Shown: positions 9,374 to 19,847 of the stretch, piece after piece
Position numbering within the stretch: position 1 is the stretch's first letter
How the letters are laid out: every line of letters begins with the position of its first letter
Origin: Gemmatimonadales bacterium
GTDB lineage: Bacteria; Gemmatimonadota; Gemmatimonadetes; Gemmatimonadales; GWC2-71-9
Reading direction: 5' to 3'
Assembly: GCA_050732995.1 (NCBI GenBank)
Contig: JBOHSA010000095.1
Coordinates: forward strand, 1,471 to 65,470
DNA length: 64,000 nucleotides
Notes under the pieces: generated by a model
Databases searched by the model: none
What the model saw: only the letters and a program-made list of their open reading frames with translations
What the model was told of the DNA's origin: nothing
Position numbers and translations under genes: made by a program

Positions 9374-10933
9374 CTAGCCCGCTTTTCCCTCCCCCGCGTA
9401 CAACACCGCCCGCACCTTGGCCGCCAGCGCGGCGGGCGTGAACGGCTTCTGCATGAAGGCCGTACCGGGGTCGAGCACGCCGTGCCGCTCCACGGCGTCG
9501 TCCGAATAGCCGGAGAGGTAGAGGACCCGCACGCCCGGACGCCGTTGCACGAGCTGGCGCATCAGCTCGCGCCCGTTCATGCCCGGCATCACGACATCGG
9601 TCACCAACAGGTCCACCGGGCCGGGATGCTCCTCGGCGAGCCGCAGCGCCTCCGCCCCCCCGGCCGCGACCAGCACGGCGTAACCGGCCTGCTCCAGCAC
9701 CTTACGGGCCAGGGTCCGCACGAGCGGGTCGTCCTCGGCGATGAGGATGGTCCCGGTGCCGGCGACGGGCGTGGCAACGGGCGCGGCGTCGCCGGCGACG
9801 TCCACGGCCGCTTCCACGCGCGGCAGGTACATGCGGAACGTGGCTCCCCCGCCCGGTCGGCTGTCGACGGTGATGTGACCGCCGCTCTGCCGCACGATGC
9901 CGTACGCGGTCGCCAGGCCGAGACCCGTGCCCTTGCCGCGGGCCTTGGTGGTGAAGAACGGCTCGAACGCCCGGGCCAGCGTGTCGCGGTCCATCCCAAC
10001 GCCGGTGTCGGACACTCGGAGCAGGACGTAGCGCCCGGCGGGCAGTTCGCCGGCGTCTCCCTCGGTCAGGTCGACGTTGGACGTCGCGAGGGTGAGGCGC
10101 CCACCCTCGGGCATCGCGTCCCGGGCGTTGACGGCCAGATTCACGAGCACCTGCTCCAGTTGTCCGGGATCGACCCGGATCGCGCCCAGGTCGGGCGCGC
10201 GCTCGAGGGTCAGGGTGATGTCCTCGCCGATGAGGCGGCGCAGCATCCTGCCCACGTTTTTCACCAGGGCGCCGAGGTCGACCACCGCCGGCGTGAGCAC
10301 CTGCCGGGCGCTGAAAGCCAGCAGCTGGCGGATCAGGTCCTGCGCTCGCGTCGCCGCCTCCCGGATGATCCCCAGCTCCTCCTGGGCGGCCGCGTCGGGC
10401 GGCGTCTCCAGCAGCAGGAGCTCGGTGGAGCCGAGGACCGCCGTGAGCACGTTGTTGAAGTCGTGCGCCACGCCCCCCGCGAGCCGGCCCAGCGCCTCCA
10501 ACTTCTGGGATTCGAGAAGCTGCCGCTCGAGCTGCCGGGCCTCACGCCGCGTCGCACTGTCCTCCAGCGCCCGCGCGACGGCCGGCCCGAGACGCTGCAG
10601 CCGGTCCTTCATGACGTAATCCCGGGCGCCGGCCCGCATCGCCGCCACCGCCGTATCTTCTCCCACGCTCCCGGACACGACGATGAACGGAATGTCCGCG
10701 CCGCGCTCCTGCAGCACACCGAGCGCCGCGGGGGCGTCGAACTCGGGCATGTAGTAATCGCTGAGCACCACGTCCCACGGCTGTTGGGCGAGAGCGTCGC
10801 GCATCGCGGCGGCGCTCTCCACGCGGACGTGCTGCGGTGCGAAGCCGGCGCCCCGCAGCGCCCGGAGCATCAGCTCGACGTCGGACACGGAGTCTTCGAC
10901 GATCAGCACGTGAAGATCTCGGGGTGCGCTCAC
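9374..10933 (-). CDS. hybrid sensor histidine kinase (REC-HisKA-HATPase-REC)
   Basis: N-terminal receiver (VLIVEDS...[13 protein letters not shown]), H-box [14 protein letters not shown], ATPase motifs DTGVGM and GTGLGLA, and a C-terminal receiver (ILIAEDD...[14 protein letters not shown]). Confidence 0.88.
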   Translation of the reverse strand: MSAPRDLHVLIVEDSVSDVELMLRALRGAGFAPQHVRVESAAAMRDALAQQPWDVVLSDYYMPEFDAPAALGVLQERGADIPFIVVSGSVGEDTAVAAMRAGARDYVMKDRLQRLGPAVARALEDSATRREARQLERQLLESQKLEALGRLAGGVAHDFNNVLTAVLGSTELLLLETPPDAAAQEELGIIREAATRAQDLIRQLLAFSARQVLTPAVVDLGALVKNVGRMLRRLIGEDITLTLERAPDLGAIRVDPGQLEQVLVNLAVNARDAMPEGGRLTLATSNVDLTEGDAGELPAGRYVLLRVSDTGVGMDRDTLARAFEPFFTTKARGKGTGLGLATAYGIVRQSGGHITVDSRPGGGATFRMYLPRVEAAVDVAGDAAPVATPVAGTGTILIAEDDPLVRTLARKVLEQAGYAVLVAAGGAEALRLAEEHPGPVDLLVTDVVMPGMNGRELMRQLVQRRPGVRVLYLSGYSDDAVERHGVLDPGTAFMQKPFTPAALAAKVRAVLYAGEGKAG

Positions 10934-12159
10934 CGTCGGTATACCTGTCCGCCCTTCATCACGAAGACGACGCGCCGGAGCGCCGTGATGTCCTCGAGGG
11001 GATTGCCGTCGAACGCGACCAGATCGGCCTGGAGGCCCGGCGCGATCGCGCCGATGCTGTCCTGGAGCCCGAGCGAGCGGGCAGCGAGCGAGGTCGCCGA
11101 CACGAGCGCCGCCAGCGGCGCCTGGCCACCCCGTTGCACGCGGTAGATCAACTCCTCCCAGTTCCGTCCGTGGGCGCCCGCCACGGCGTCCGTCCCGAAC
11201 ACCACCTGCAACGTCGGCCGCCGGAGCGCGCGCTGGAACACCGCGAGCATCAGCGGGAGCGCCTGCTCCATCTGGCGGAACCCCTCCTCGGTGTAGTTTC
11301 CGGTGCCGAGAAACCGCGCCTTGTTCGCGAAATAGTTCTCGAACACGAGGTGGACGTGCGGATCGAAGAACGTCCCGCTCGCCGCCATCAGATCCAGGGC
11401 GGCGTCATCCACCAGCGCGCCGTGTTCGATCGTGGTGCAGCCCGCGCGGACCGCCCGCCGCACGGCCTCCGCCGCGTGAGCGTGGATCACCGCGCGTCGC
11501 CCCAGCGCCCGGGCCTCGCCGCAGGCTGCGCGCAGCTGGTCCTCGCTGAGCGTGGGCCCCCCGCCCTCGCGGATGCTCTTGGAGGCGAAGATCTTGATCG
11601 CGTCCGCCCCGTCGGTCGTGCGGCGCCGCACCTCGCGGCGCAAGCCCGCCGTGTCGCCCGCCGCTTCGGTCACCCACTCGAGGGACGTCAGCACACGGGG
11701 ACTCGGGATGCCGCCCCGCGCGATCGCGTCGCGGAGATCGCGGTCGAGCGTCGCGCCGAGGCTTTGGACCGTCGTGATCCCCGCCATGAGGGTGCGATAG
11801 GCGTTTTCCACCGCGTACAGCACGCTCTGCTGGATCGGCTCCGCCCCGCCAGCCTCGTTGTGCGCCCGGCCGTCGCGGTCGAAGTGCGAGCCGATGTGAA
11901 TGTGCGTGTCGATCCCGCCGGGCATCACGGTGAGGCCGCTCAGATCGTAGGTCGCCCGGGTACCCCCAGCCCCCGCCCGTCCGGAGTCGAGCCGTACGAT
12001 GCGCGAGCCCTGCACGACGATCGTGGCATTCCGAAGCACACCGCCCCGGCCGTCGAGCACGACCCCCGCACGCAAGGTGACCGTCGGAGCGGTCGACTGG
12101 GTGCGGGCCACGGCGGGGAAGACGAGCGACCAGGCGAGCGTGCAACCAACGAGCCTCAT
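10930..12159 (-). CDS. secreted metal-dependent amidohydrolase (imidazolonepropionase/prolidase-like)
   Basis: ORF 10930..12348. I prefer the internal ATG 12159, which is preceded by AGGAGG and gives the signal peptide MRLVGCTLAWSLVFPAVARTQS. Motifs GGIDTHIHIGSHF (HxH), VIHAHA and FGTDA are present. 4-nt overlap with the downstream kinase gene. Confidence 0.8.
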   Translation of the reverse strand: MRLVGCTLAWSLVFPAVARTQSTAPTVTLRAGVVLDGRGGVLRNATIVVQGSRIVRLDSGRAGAGGTRATYDLSGLTVMPGGIDTHIHIGSHFDRDGRAHNEAGGAEPIQQSVLYAVENAYRTLMAGITTVQSLGATLDRDLRDAIARGGIPSPRVLTSLEWVTEAAGDTAGLRREVRRRTTDGADAIKIFASKSIREGGGPTLSEDQLRAACGEARALGRRAVIHAHAAEAVRRAVRAGCTTIEHGALVDDAALDLMAASGTFFDPHVHLVFENYFANKARFLGTGNYTEEGFRQMEQALPLMLAVFQRALRRPTLQVVFGTDAVAGAHGRNWEELIYRVQRGGQAPLAALVSATSLAARSLGLQDSIGAIAPGLQADLVAFDGNPLEDITALRRVVFVMKGGQVYRR

Positions 12160-12368
12160 GCTGAGCCTCCTGCCTCGGGTCTGGCGAACTGCGAGACTAA
12201 TGGTGGTTCGCGCGGTCTGACACAGTAGGATCGCGCGGAACCCGTTCTTGTGCAAGCACTTCCGCACCGGGACCTGTTCTTGCTCGTGCTGAGCCGCGAT
12301 TGTAGGGATCGGGCTCGGGCCACAGGTTAGGGACCACCCGATACACATCGCGCGGACCGGGAGCGGCG

Positions 12369-13121
12369 TTGGGCAAGTCGACCACGATCAAACACTACGT
12401 GATGGCGCTGGGCCTGGCCACTATGGGCGCGCTACCGGCTTGCTCGCATGCCTGGCCGGAGACTGCCGCACGCCCGGCGGTGGACACGGCGGCGGCCCGG
12501 CGGGCGGCGCTGCTGCCCGCGCCCACCCGGGATCCCGAGATGGAGCAGCGCCTCACCCGGCTGGAGCTGCGCGTGCTGGAGAAGGAGGCGCAGGTGGCCG
12601 AGCTCCAGGGGCAACTGGAGGAAGCGCGGCGGGAGGTCGTGCGGGCCATGGCCCGGCTCCAATCCCTCGCCAGCCGGGCCGAGGCCGCCTCGGCGATGGC
12701 GGAGGTGGAGGTCGCGCTCCAGTCTCTGCGGACCACGAGCGCCGTCATGGCGGCGCCCGAGATCGCGCAGGCCCGGCGGCTCCTGGAGATGTCCACGACG
12801 GAGTTCAATCGGCAGAACTACGGGGGCGCGCTCTACCTCGCCAACCAGGCGAAGAGTCTCGTCGGGCTGGGCCGCGGCCGGCTGGCGGATGCCGAGCGGG
12901 GGGTGCTGCGGCCGGGCGAGATCCTCTTCGCGGTCCCGCTGCAGCTCCAGGCGCTGGGCCAGAGCAATGTGCGCGAGGGCCCCGGCATGAACTTCCGGGT
13001 GCTCTTCACCCTGGAGAAGGGCGCGGCGCTCACCGGCCACTCCTACGCGGGAGAATGGGTGCGCATCAGCGACCGCGGCGGCCGCAGCGGGTGGATCTTC
13101 GCCTCCCGTGTGGGGCGCTAG
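12369..13121 (+). CDS. lipoprotein with coiled-coil region and C-terminal bacterial SH3-like domain
   Basis: Lipobox GALPAC; heptad-like LTRLELRVLEKEAQVAELQGQLEEARREV; C-terminal NVREGPGMNFRVLFTLEKGAALTGHSYAGEWVRISDRGGRSGWIF resembles SH3b. The start is TTG 12369 or ATG 12402. Confidence 0.55.
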   Translation: MGKSTTIKHYVMALGLATMGALPACSHAWPETAARPAVDTAAARRAALLPAPTRDPEMEQRLTRLELRVLEKEAQVAELQGQLEEARREVVRAMARLQSLASRAEAASAMAEVEVALQSLRTTSAVMAAPEIAQARRLLEMSTTEFNRQNYGGALYLANQAKSLVGLGRGRLADAERGVLRPGEILFAVPLQLQALGQSNVREGPGMNFRVLFTLEKGAALTGHSYAGEWVRISDRGGRSGWIFASRVGR

Positions 13122-14764
13122 CCCGTTTCCTTTCTCGATTCCTTTGGCCGCCGGCGCACGGCCTGCACCACCCGGTCGCGCCCCCCATGTTTCGCTTCGT
13201 ACAGAGCCTCATCCGCGCAGGCGAGAAGCGCCTCCGGCAGGTCGGCATGGTCGGGGAACTGCGCCACGCCGATACTCAATGTCACCTTCCCGCCCCGGAA
13301 CACTTCGTCGGCGAGGCTTGCGCGCAACCGTTCGCCGGCCTGCACCGCGGCGTCCGCGTCGGTCTCGGGCATCAGCACCACGAACTCTTCGCCCCCGAAA
13401 CGCGCCACGCAGTCGACGTCGCGCGTCGTCTCGCGAAGAATGGCCCCGACGCGCCGCAACACCTCGTCCCCCGCCAGGTGGCCGAAGCGATCGTTGTACT
13501 GCTTGAAGTAGTCGATGTCGGCGATCACCAGCGCCAAGGCATGGCGGTTGCGCCGGGCGCGCCGCACTTCGCTCTCGAGCGTCTCCATCAGCTGCCGGCG
13601 GTTGAACAGCCCCGTCAACCCGTCCGTCACCGAGAGCCGTTCCAGCCCCTGCCGTCCCTCGCGCAGCCGGGCCACCATGTCGTTGAACACCGTCGTCAAA
13701 GCCCCGATCTCGCCGCCCGTCACGACGGGGAGGTCGACGGCGAGATCGCCGGCGGCCACTTTCGCCGCTCCCTGGGTCAGGCGGACGACCGGCCGGACGA
13801 TGAGCAGGCCGAGCACGTACGCGACGAGCCCCAGGACGACGAGCAGCGCCGCGAGGATCAGGATCGTCAGGTTCCGCAGCCGCAGCACCTGGCGATAGGC
13901 CTCCGCCGTGGGCATTTCGGCCAGCACGGCCCATCCGAGGCGCGGCGCACGCGCCAGCGTGCCGACCGTCCGGATGCCCTCGAAGTTTGTGTACTCCACG
14001 GCCTCTCCGACCAGGTTGAGCAGCTCCGGAGACTCGGCCGTGCGCCCGGCGGACAGGGGTTCGACGCTGCCGGCCCCGAACCCGGTGATCAGCGCTCCCT
14101 CCCCCGTCAGGACGTGGACGTGGCCCGCCGCGCGACGCGACAAGCCTGAGAGCGCGTCCTCGACGGTGCGGAGATTGACCTGGGCCGACAGCGCTCCCAA
14201 TAGCCGCCCGCTCGGGGCTCGGATCGGCACGGCGACCGGGACGACCGGTCGCCCCAGGGCACTGTCCCGATGCACCGCGCCCACGACCGGGTGGTCCGCC
14301 CGGACCTGCGTCAGCCAGTCGGAGGGAAAGCCGGTCATCCCCTCGCCTCCTCCCCCGCCCCCCGCGCCCCCCCCGCCCCCCCCGCGCCGCCGGCCGGCGC
14401 TCGTCGCCACGACTCGCCCCGCCGGGTCGATGACCAGGAGCTCCTCGTAGTCGGCGAACCGGTGCTTGACGGAATTGAGGTAGTCCGTGAGCCGAGCGAG
14501 CGTTTGGGCCCGCCCCCCGCGCTCCAGGTTGTCGGTCACCTCGACGGACCGGGCGAATACCCGGAGATCCGAGACCCGCTCCTTGAGCCAGATATCGAGC
14601 TCGCGGGCCGCCTGAGAGCTCACGCCGCGCAGCTGCTCGGTGAGTCGTTCCGTCAGCGCGCGCTTGTTCTCCCGGTAGGACAGCCAGGAGGTGGCCAGCG
14701 AAGGGATCAGCGCGGACAGCACGGCAAAGGCCAAGATCTTGTTGCGGATGCTGTCCAGCCGCAT
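13118..14764 (-). CDS. Cache-HAMP-GGDEF diguanylate cyclase
   Basis: ORF 13118..14848; the internal start MRLDSIRNKILAFAVLSALIPSL (14764) is typical for this architecture. It has a periplasmic sensor region, a second TM, a HAMP domain, and DGLTGLFNRR...RFGGEEFVVLMP. The sensor region carries a GGGGGGAGGGGGGEG insert encoded at 14341-14400. Confidence 0.8.
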   Translation of the reverse strand: MRLDSIRNKILAFAVLSALIPSLATSWLSYRENKRALTERLTEQLRGVSSQAARELDIWLKERVSDLRVFARSVEVTDNLERGGRAQTLARLTDYLNSVKHRFADYEELLVIDPAGRVVATSAGRRRGGGGGGAGGGGGGEGMTGFPSDWLTQVRADHPVVGAVHRDSALGRPVVPVAVPIRAPSGRLLGALSAQVNLRTVEDALSGLSRRAAGHVHVLTGEGALITGFGAGSVEPLSAGRTAESPELLNLVGEAVEYTNFEGIRTVGTLARAPRLGWAVLAEMPTAEAYRQVLRLRNLTILILAALLVVLGLVAYVLGLLIVRPVVRLTQGAAKVAAGDLAVDLPVVTGGEIGALTTVFNDMVARLREGRQGLERLSVTDGLTGLFNRRQLMETLESEVRRARRNRHALALVIADIDYFKQYNDRFGHLAGDEVLRRVGAILRETTRDVDCVARFGGEEFVVLMPETDADAAVQAGERLRASLADEVFRGGKVTLSIGVAQFPDHADLPEALLACADEALYEAKHGGRDRVVQAVRRRPKESRKETG

Positions 14765-14946
14765 GGCGCGCAGCCAGCCGGCGATCACCTCTTCCCAGAC
14801 GCTGAACCGTGCCAATCCCGCCCCCTCGTGCGATACTGCAAGATTCACCCGCTGCGAGCCACCGCAAGCCGGAGTGTGATCCCCGTCACATCCGTTGCTT
14901 GGGTTCCCCCCGTTCTTGGATTCGGGAAGCGCTCGGGGGGCGGTCG

Positions 14947-15300
14947 ATGCAGCAGGGACTGTGGGCCCGTTTGCGGGGCGAGGTCGACGTACAGCTGCGG
15001 CGCGGCGGCTGGTATCGCGTCGTGCGCGAGACGCCGCTCGAGGCCGTGCTGGACGCGAATGGGCGGCAGGTCAATGTGCCGAAATCCTTCCTCCAGATCG
15101 TCTCCGCTCGACCCGAAGTCTGGACCGTCGTGCCCCGTCCGCCGCGCTCGGGCCGGCTTCCCATGACGTGGGGTCCGCGTTACGCGGTGTGCCCCAATTG
15201 CCGAGCGCGCGCGCCGCTGGGTAAACCGGTGCCGAGCATGCGCTGCCCGACGTGCAACGGGGTATTCGAAATCGGTTGGGGGGACGGCTACTCGTCGTAA
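14947..15300 (+). CDS. hypothetical protein with C-terminal zinc-ribbon (CPNC...CPTC)
   Basis: ORF 14809..15300 trimmed to the ATG at 14947 (MQQGLWARL). Two CxxC pairs are present (AVCPNCRARAP...MRCPTCNGVF). No family was recognised. Confidence 0.4.
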   Translation: MQQGLWARLRGEVDVQLRRGGWYRVVRETPLEAVLDANGRQVNVPKSFLQIVSARPEVWTVVPRPPRSGRLPMTWGPRYAVCPNCRARAPLGKPVPSMRCPTCNGVFEIGWGDGYSS

Positions 15301-15309
15301 CGTTTCCCG

Positions 15310-16728
15310 TTGCTTCAGCGGGTGCAGGGCGTAGGTTGGGACGGCGTGGGGCCGGCTCCTTCTCTCAGCGCGACCGCTTTGCGCGCGGCATGCCGCGCGC
15401 TGCTCGCCCTCGTCCTCCGGATTTTCTTCCGGCGCATTGAGATCTCCGGGCTCGAACGGGTTCCGGCCAGCGGGCCCATCATCCTGGTGCTCAACCACCC
15501 GAACGGGCTCATCGATCCCGCCTTCCTGCTCTGTCTGACGCCCCGGCGCGTGTCGTTCCTTGCCAAGGCACCGCTGCTTGGGATGCCGGTCATCGGGTCG
15601 ATCGCGCGCGCGTTCGACGCGATTCCCGTATACCGCCGCCAGGACGCGGGCTCCGATCCGGCGCACAACCGGGAGACATTCGAGGCCGCGCGTCGCGTGC
15701 TCGAGCGCGGCGGCGCGATCGCGATCTTTCCCGAGGGGGGCTCGCACTCCGACCCCAAGCTGCGGCCGCTGAAAACCGGGACGGCCCGCATCGCATTGGG
15801 CGCGGCCGCGGCGCTGGGCGAGCGCGAACGGATCCGGCTCGTGCCGGCAGGCCTGTACTACCGGGCGAAGCGCACGTTTCGCAGCGCGGCGCTGCTGCAC
15901 TTCGGAGCGCCGTTCATGGTGGATCCGGTGCCGCTCGCGCCCGGGGCCGATCCTCCCAGCGGGCCCGTGCGGGCGCTCACGGCGCGGATCGAGCAGGCGC
16001 TGGCCGCGGTCACCCTGCAAGCAGAGCAGGCCGAAGCGCATACGCTGGTGGAGCGCGCGCTGGGGATCTTCCGGGCCGCCACCTCCTCAGCGGGCGGGCA
16101 GCCGCTCGCCGAGGAGTTCGAGCTGCGGCGCCGCTTTCTCGCCGGGTATCAGGTGGTGCGGGAGCGGTGGCCGGCGCGCCTCGACCGCCTCCGCGCCCGG
16201 ATCGACCGCCACGAAGCCGCGCTCCGGGTCGCGGGCCTGGACCCGCAGCATCCGTCGGCGCGGCGGCTCACGGCGCGGGTCGTCGCCCGCTACACGCTGA
16301 GCAGCGTGGCCGTGCTCGGCGTGTTGTTGCCGGCCGCGCTCGGCGGCGCGGTGTCGCACTATCCGGCCTACCGCGCCGTGGGGTTCGTGGCGACGGGGAT
16401 CGCAAAGGGGAAGGAAGACAGTCTGGCTACGGTGAAAGTGCTCGCCGCCATGCTCTTGTTCCCGGTGACGTGGGGCGGCGTGGCGTTCGGGCTTGCGCTC
16501 CGGCTGGACGCCCGCGTCGGCGCCGCCGCCCTCGCGCTGCTGCCGCTCGCCGGGTACGCGGCACTCGTGTTTTTCGAGCGGCTCGACCGCCTGCTCGGCG
16601 CGGCCCGGGCGTTCACCCTGTTCGTGCTACGGCGCCGGGCGTTCCTGCGCTTCGAGGCCGAGCGGCGCGCCATCCGGGACGAGATCCTCGCGCTCAGCCG
16701 GGACCTGACGGCCGTCGGGGTCGGGTAG
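15310..16728 (+). CDS. lysophospholipid/glycerol-3-phosphate acyltransferase (PlsC-like) with C-terminal membrane domain
   Basis: Acyltransferase motifs VLNHPNGLIDP (H-x4-D) and IAIFPEGGSHSD. Hydrophobic C-terminal helices. The start codon (TTG 15310) is uncertain. Confidence 0.75.
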   Translation: MLQRVQGVGWDGVGPAPSLSATALRAACRALLALVLRIFFRRIEISGLERVPASGPIILVLNHPNGLIDPAFLLCLTPRRVSFLAKAPLLGMPVIGSIARAFDAIPVYRRQDAGSDPAHNRETFEAARRVLERGGAIAIFPEGGSHSDPKLRPLKTGTARIALGAAAALGERERIRLVPAGLYYRAKRTFRSAALLHFGAPFMVDPVPLAPGADPPSGPVRALTARIEQALAAVTLQAEQAEAHTLVERALGIFRAATSSAGGQPLAEEFELRRRFLAGYQVVRERWPARLDRLRARIDRHEAALRVAGLDPQHPSARRLTARVVARYTLSSVAVLGVLLPAALGGAVSHYPAYRAVGFVATGIAKGKEDSLATVKVLAAMLLFPVTWGGVAFGLALRLDARVGAAALALLPLAGYAALVFFERLDRLLGAARAFTLFVLRRRAFLRFEAERRAIRDEILALSRDLTAVGVG

Positions 16729-16735
16729 GGGTAGG

Positions 16736-18115
16736 ATGGTACCACGATCGATGCGCCACGTGCCGATCCGCTTCGCCTGTCTGATCCCGCTCGCTGTCGG
16801 GTGCCGAGCCGCAGGCCCACCCTCCGCGCGGGTGGGGGAACCGGTCCCGGAGACCGCCCCCGCCATTGCGTGCCTGCCCCTTGCAGCCCGCCCGCTCACC
16901 ACTCGTCGCGCCGCGGGGAGAATGGATTCCGTCACCGTCACGCTCGCCGAACCGGTCGATCCGTCCCGCGCACCGGTTCCGAGCAGCGCCAGCGAGGCAC
17001 TGGTGTTCCGCCACCTGTACGAAGGACTGGCCCGCGTCGATTGCGAAGGCCGGGTCCTGACGGCCCTCGCCGAGTCTTGGCAGGCGGACGATGAAGGGCG
17101 GCGTTGGACTTTCATCTTGCGCCCCGGCGCGAGCTTTTGGGACGGCTCTCCGGTCCGGGCCGAGGACGTCGTCGCGGCGTGGAGTGCCCGGTCCTCGGCT
17201 GCCGGGCCCCTCCAGTTCCAGGTGGTGGTGACCGACGCGCGCACGCTCGTCGTCACGTTCGCGCGGCCGGACGCGGCGGCGCCGCGCCGGTTCGGCGACC
17301 CCGCTCTCGCCGTGACGAAACCCGCGTCCGAGGCGGCATGGCCCCTCGGCACCGGGCCCTATCAGATCGTGTCCGCCGGCGAATCGATCACCGCGGCCCC
17401 CGTCCCGGGGGTTCACGGGCCGCTGCTCGTCCTCCGGTCCGCGTCGGCGGCGGACCCCCGGGATCTGCTCGACGCCGGTACGGACGCGCTCCTGACCGAC
17501 GACCCGGCGGTGCTGGATTACGCGGCTCCGCGACCGGCGCTGGTCTCACTCCCGTTGCCGTGGAGCGGCACCTACGCGCTCGTCACGTCGCGCGAGACCG
17601 CGCTCGCGGCGGCGGAGTCCCGCGACGCGCTCGCGCGGGACGCGGTGCGCGGTGAGGCCCGGGGAGCGCAGCCGCCGTTCTGGTGGACCGAGGATGGCCT
17701 GCGATCCTGTTCGGCGGGTCCCGCCACCGCCGTCTCGGACGCCGCGGCCGGGGCCAGCCGCATCGTGTATCCCCGCGGCGACCGGTTGGCGCGCGACCTG
17801 GCTGGCCGCCTCGTGGCGCTCGCGGCCGCCGGCCGGCTGTGGCGGTCCCCCCCTCCCGCCACGCCTCGCGTCGCGGCGGTGGGCCTCGCGACCCGCGAGT
17901 TCGACGAGGCGCTCGCGCGCGGGGACGAGCTGGGCTACGTCCTGGCCTTGCCGCGCCAGGTCTACGATCCCTGCCGAGAGATCCGGGCGCGCGGGCTCGA
18001 CCCGCGTCGCGCCGCCGCGCTCGTGCCGCTCGTCGACACGCGCCGGCGCCTGCTCGTGCGCCGGAGTCGCTTCGGGGTATCAGTCGATTGGGACGGGATT
18101 CCGCGAATCCAGTGA
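16736..18115 (+). CDS. ABC-transporter family-5 (peptide/nickel type) substrate-binding-like lipoprotein
   Basis: LVFRHLYEGLARVDCEGRVLTALAESWQADDEGRRWTFILRPGASFWDGSPVRAEDVVAAW is the typical SBP_bac_5 N-lobe. The likely lipobox LAVGC favours a start at ATG 16751. No permease or ATPase genes follow; a sensor kinase gene does. Confidence 0.7.
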   Translation: MVPRSMRHVPIRFACLIPLAVGCRAAGPPSARVGEPVPETAPAIACLPLAARPLTTRRAAGRMDSVTVTLAEPVDPSRAPVPSSASEALVFRHLYEGLARVDCEGRVLTALAESWQADDEGRRWTFILRPGASFWDGSPVRAEDVVAAWSARSSAAGPLQFQVVVTDARTLVVTFARPDAAAPRRFGDPALAVTKPASEAAWPLGTGPYQIVSAGESITAAPVPGVHGPLLVLRSASAADPRDLLDAGTDALLTDDPAVLDYAAPRPALVSLPLPWSGTYALVTSRETALAAAESRDALARDAVRGEARGAQPPFWWTEDGLRSCSAGPATAVSDAAAGASRIVYPRGDRLARDLAGRLVALAAAGRLWRSPPPATPRVAAVGLATREFDEALARGDELGYVLALPRQVYDPCREIRARGLDPRRAAALVPLVDTRRRLLVRRSRFGVSVDWDGIPRIQ

Positions 18116-18149
18116 CCCCGCACACCTGACACCCGGTACCTCTAGACCG

Positions 18150-19847
18150 ATGACGTTCCGCTCTCGTCTCCTGGCCACCTTCGGAGCGCTCGCGCTCGTC
18201 CCGCTCGCGGTGCTGGGGGTCGGCATCCGGCGCGAAACGCGGGCCCGGCTCACCCTGCAGTACGAAGCGCGAGTCGGTGCGCTCGTCGCCATCATCCGCG
18301 CGGACCTGGCGCAGGCCAATGCCGCAATCGCCGCGGCGCTCGCTGGGGTGCGGGACGGGCTCGCCGAGGACAATCGGTTCCGTCTGGCGGTGAGCGACGG
18401 CGGCGACCGCGTGTATCTGCTGGACTACGCCGGGCGTGCCATGCGCCTCGCTGGGCTGTCGATGCTGCAGCTCCAGGACGAAGACGGGCGCATCGTCAGC
18501 TCCGGTCACTTCCGTAACGAATTCGACCGGATGGAGCCGGGGCTCCCGCGCGGGCTCGCGGCCGCCGGCCCGGGCCTCGCCCTGGTCGAGGCCCGGACGC
18601 CGGAGGCGTCGTTCTTCGTGCTGGCCCGCGCGGATTCCCTGCGGCTCGGGGGCCGGCGCCTCACGCTCGTCGGCGGCCGGGTGGTCGATCACCGCTTCCT
18701 CGCGCGGCTCGCGCGCGACCGCGACCTCGAAGTGACGCTCGAATACCCCGGCGGCGTCATCACCTCTACGCCGCCGGATTCCCTCGCCTCGGGCGGGGAT
18801 GCCGTGGCGGCGGAGCTGCCGATCCCCTTCATCACCGATCCGCCCGCACTCCCACCCCCCGCAGCCCGGTTCGTAGTGGCCGCCTCGCTCGCGCCGCTCG
18901 CGGCGCTCGAGCGCAGCCTCGACGCCTGGGTGCTGAGCGCCCTTGCCGCCAGCGCCGTCGCCGCCCTGCTGGGCGCGGGGTGGCTGTCCGCCCGCGTCAG
19001 CCGACCTCTGACCGCGCTCGCCGAGCGGACGGCCCAGGTCGACCTGGATCGGCTGGACGTGGAATTTCCCACGGACCGACGGGACGAGATCGGCGCCCTG
19101 GCGCGGCTGCTCGGCGCGATGACCGAGCGGTTGCGCGCCGGCGCCACCAGGCTGCGCGAGGCCGAGCGCCGGGCCACGGTCGGAGAAGTGGCCCGCCAGG
19201 TGAACCACGACATCAAGAACGGCTTGATTCCGATCCGCAACGTGCTGCGCCACTTGGCGGAGGTCGCCCGGGACCGGCCGACGGCCCTGCCGGGGGTGTT
19301 CGAAGAGCGGCGCGGCACGCTCGAGTCGGGAATCAGCTACCTCGAGACCTTGGCCGCGAACTACGCCCGGCTTTCGCCCAAGCTGGACGGCGGCGCCTGT
19401 CAGGCGAATGCGGTGGTGGCCGAGGTCCTGCGCGACGCCCCACGGCGCGATGGTCTGGAATTCGTGACCCGCCTGGCCGAGGGCCTCCCGCCCGTGCAGG
19501 GCGACGCCGTGGTGCTGCGGCGCATTCTCGAGAACCTGGTCGGCAACGCGGTGGACAGCCTCGGTCCGGACGGCGGCGCTGGCATGGTGACGCTGGCGAC
19601 GGAGGCCGCGGGCTCGACCATCCGGCTCACCGTCGCCGACACGGGGCCGGGAATGACCCGGGCGGAGCTCGACCGGGCGTTCGAAGATTTCTATACGACC
19701 AAGCCGGGCGGCACCGGCCTCGGGCTGTCCATCGTGCGCCGCCTGGTGGTCGATCTGAGCGGATCCCTCCGGGTCGAGACGGCGCCCGGGCAGGGGACGA
19801 CCTTTGTCATCGAACTACCCGCGGCGAACCAGGGCAGCGCGGCATGA
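18150..19847 (+). CDS. NtrY-like sensor histidine kinase (TM-HAMP-HisKA-HATPase)
   Basis: ORF 17652..19847 trimmed to ATG 18150 (MTFRSRLLATFGALALVPLAVLGVGI). HAMP (DEIGALARLLGAMTERL), H-box ARQVNHDIKNGLIPI, and ATPase motifs DTGPGM and GTGLGLSIV. Confidence 0.82.
   Translation: MTFRSRLLATFGALALVPLAVLGVGIRRETRARLTLQYEARVGALVAIIRADLAQANAAIAAALAGVRDGLAEDNRFRLAVSDGGDRVYLLDYAGRAMRLAGLSMLQLQDEDGRIVSSGHFRNEFDRMEPGLPRGLAAAGPGLALVEARTPEASFFVLARADSLRLGGRRLTLVGGRVVDHRFLARLARDRDLEVTLEYPGGVITSTPPDSLASGGDAVAAELPIPFITDPPALPPPAARFVVAASLAPLAALERSLDAWVLSALAASAVAALLGAGWLSARVSRPLTALAERTAQVDLDRLDVEFPTDRRDEIGALARLLGAMTERLRAGATRLREAERRATVGEVARQVNHDIKNGLIPIRNVLRHLAEVARDRPTALPGVFEERRGTLESGISYLETLAANYARLSPKLDGGACQANAVVAEVLRDAPRRDGLEFVTRLAEGLPPVQGDAVVLRRILENLVGNAVDSLGPDGGAGMVTLATEAAGSTIRLTVADTGPGMTRAELDRAFEDFYTTKPGGTGLGLSIVRRLVVDLSGSLRVETAPGQGTTFVIELPAANQGSAA

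Noticed and set aside
18980-19843. N-terminal 288 codons of the 754-aa ORF 18980..21244
   Set aside because: This part overlaps the histidine kinase gene out of frame and is Arg/Gly/Pro-rich. The receiver domain begins at ATG 19844, which forms an ATGA junction with the kinase stop.
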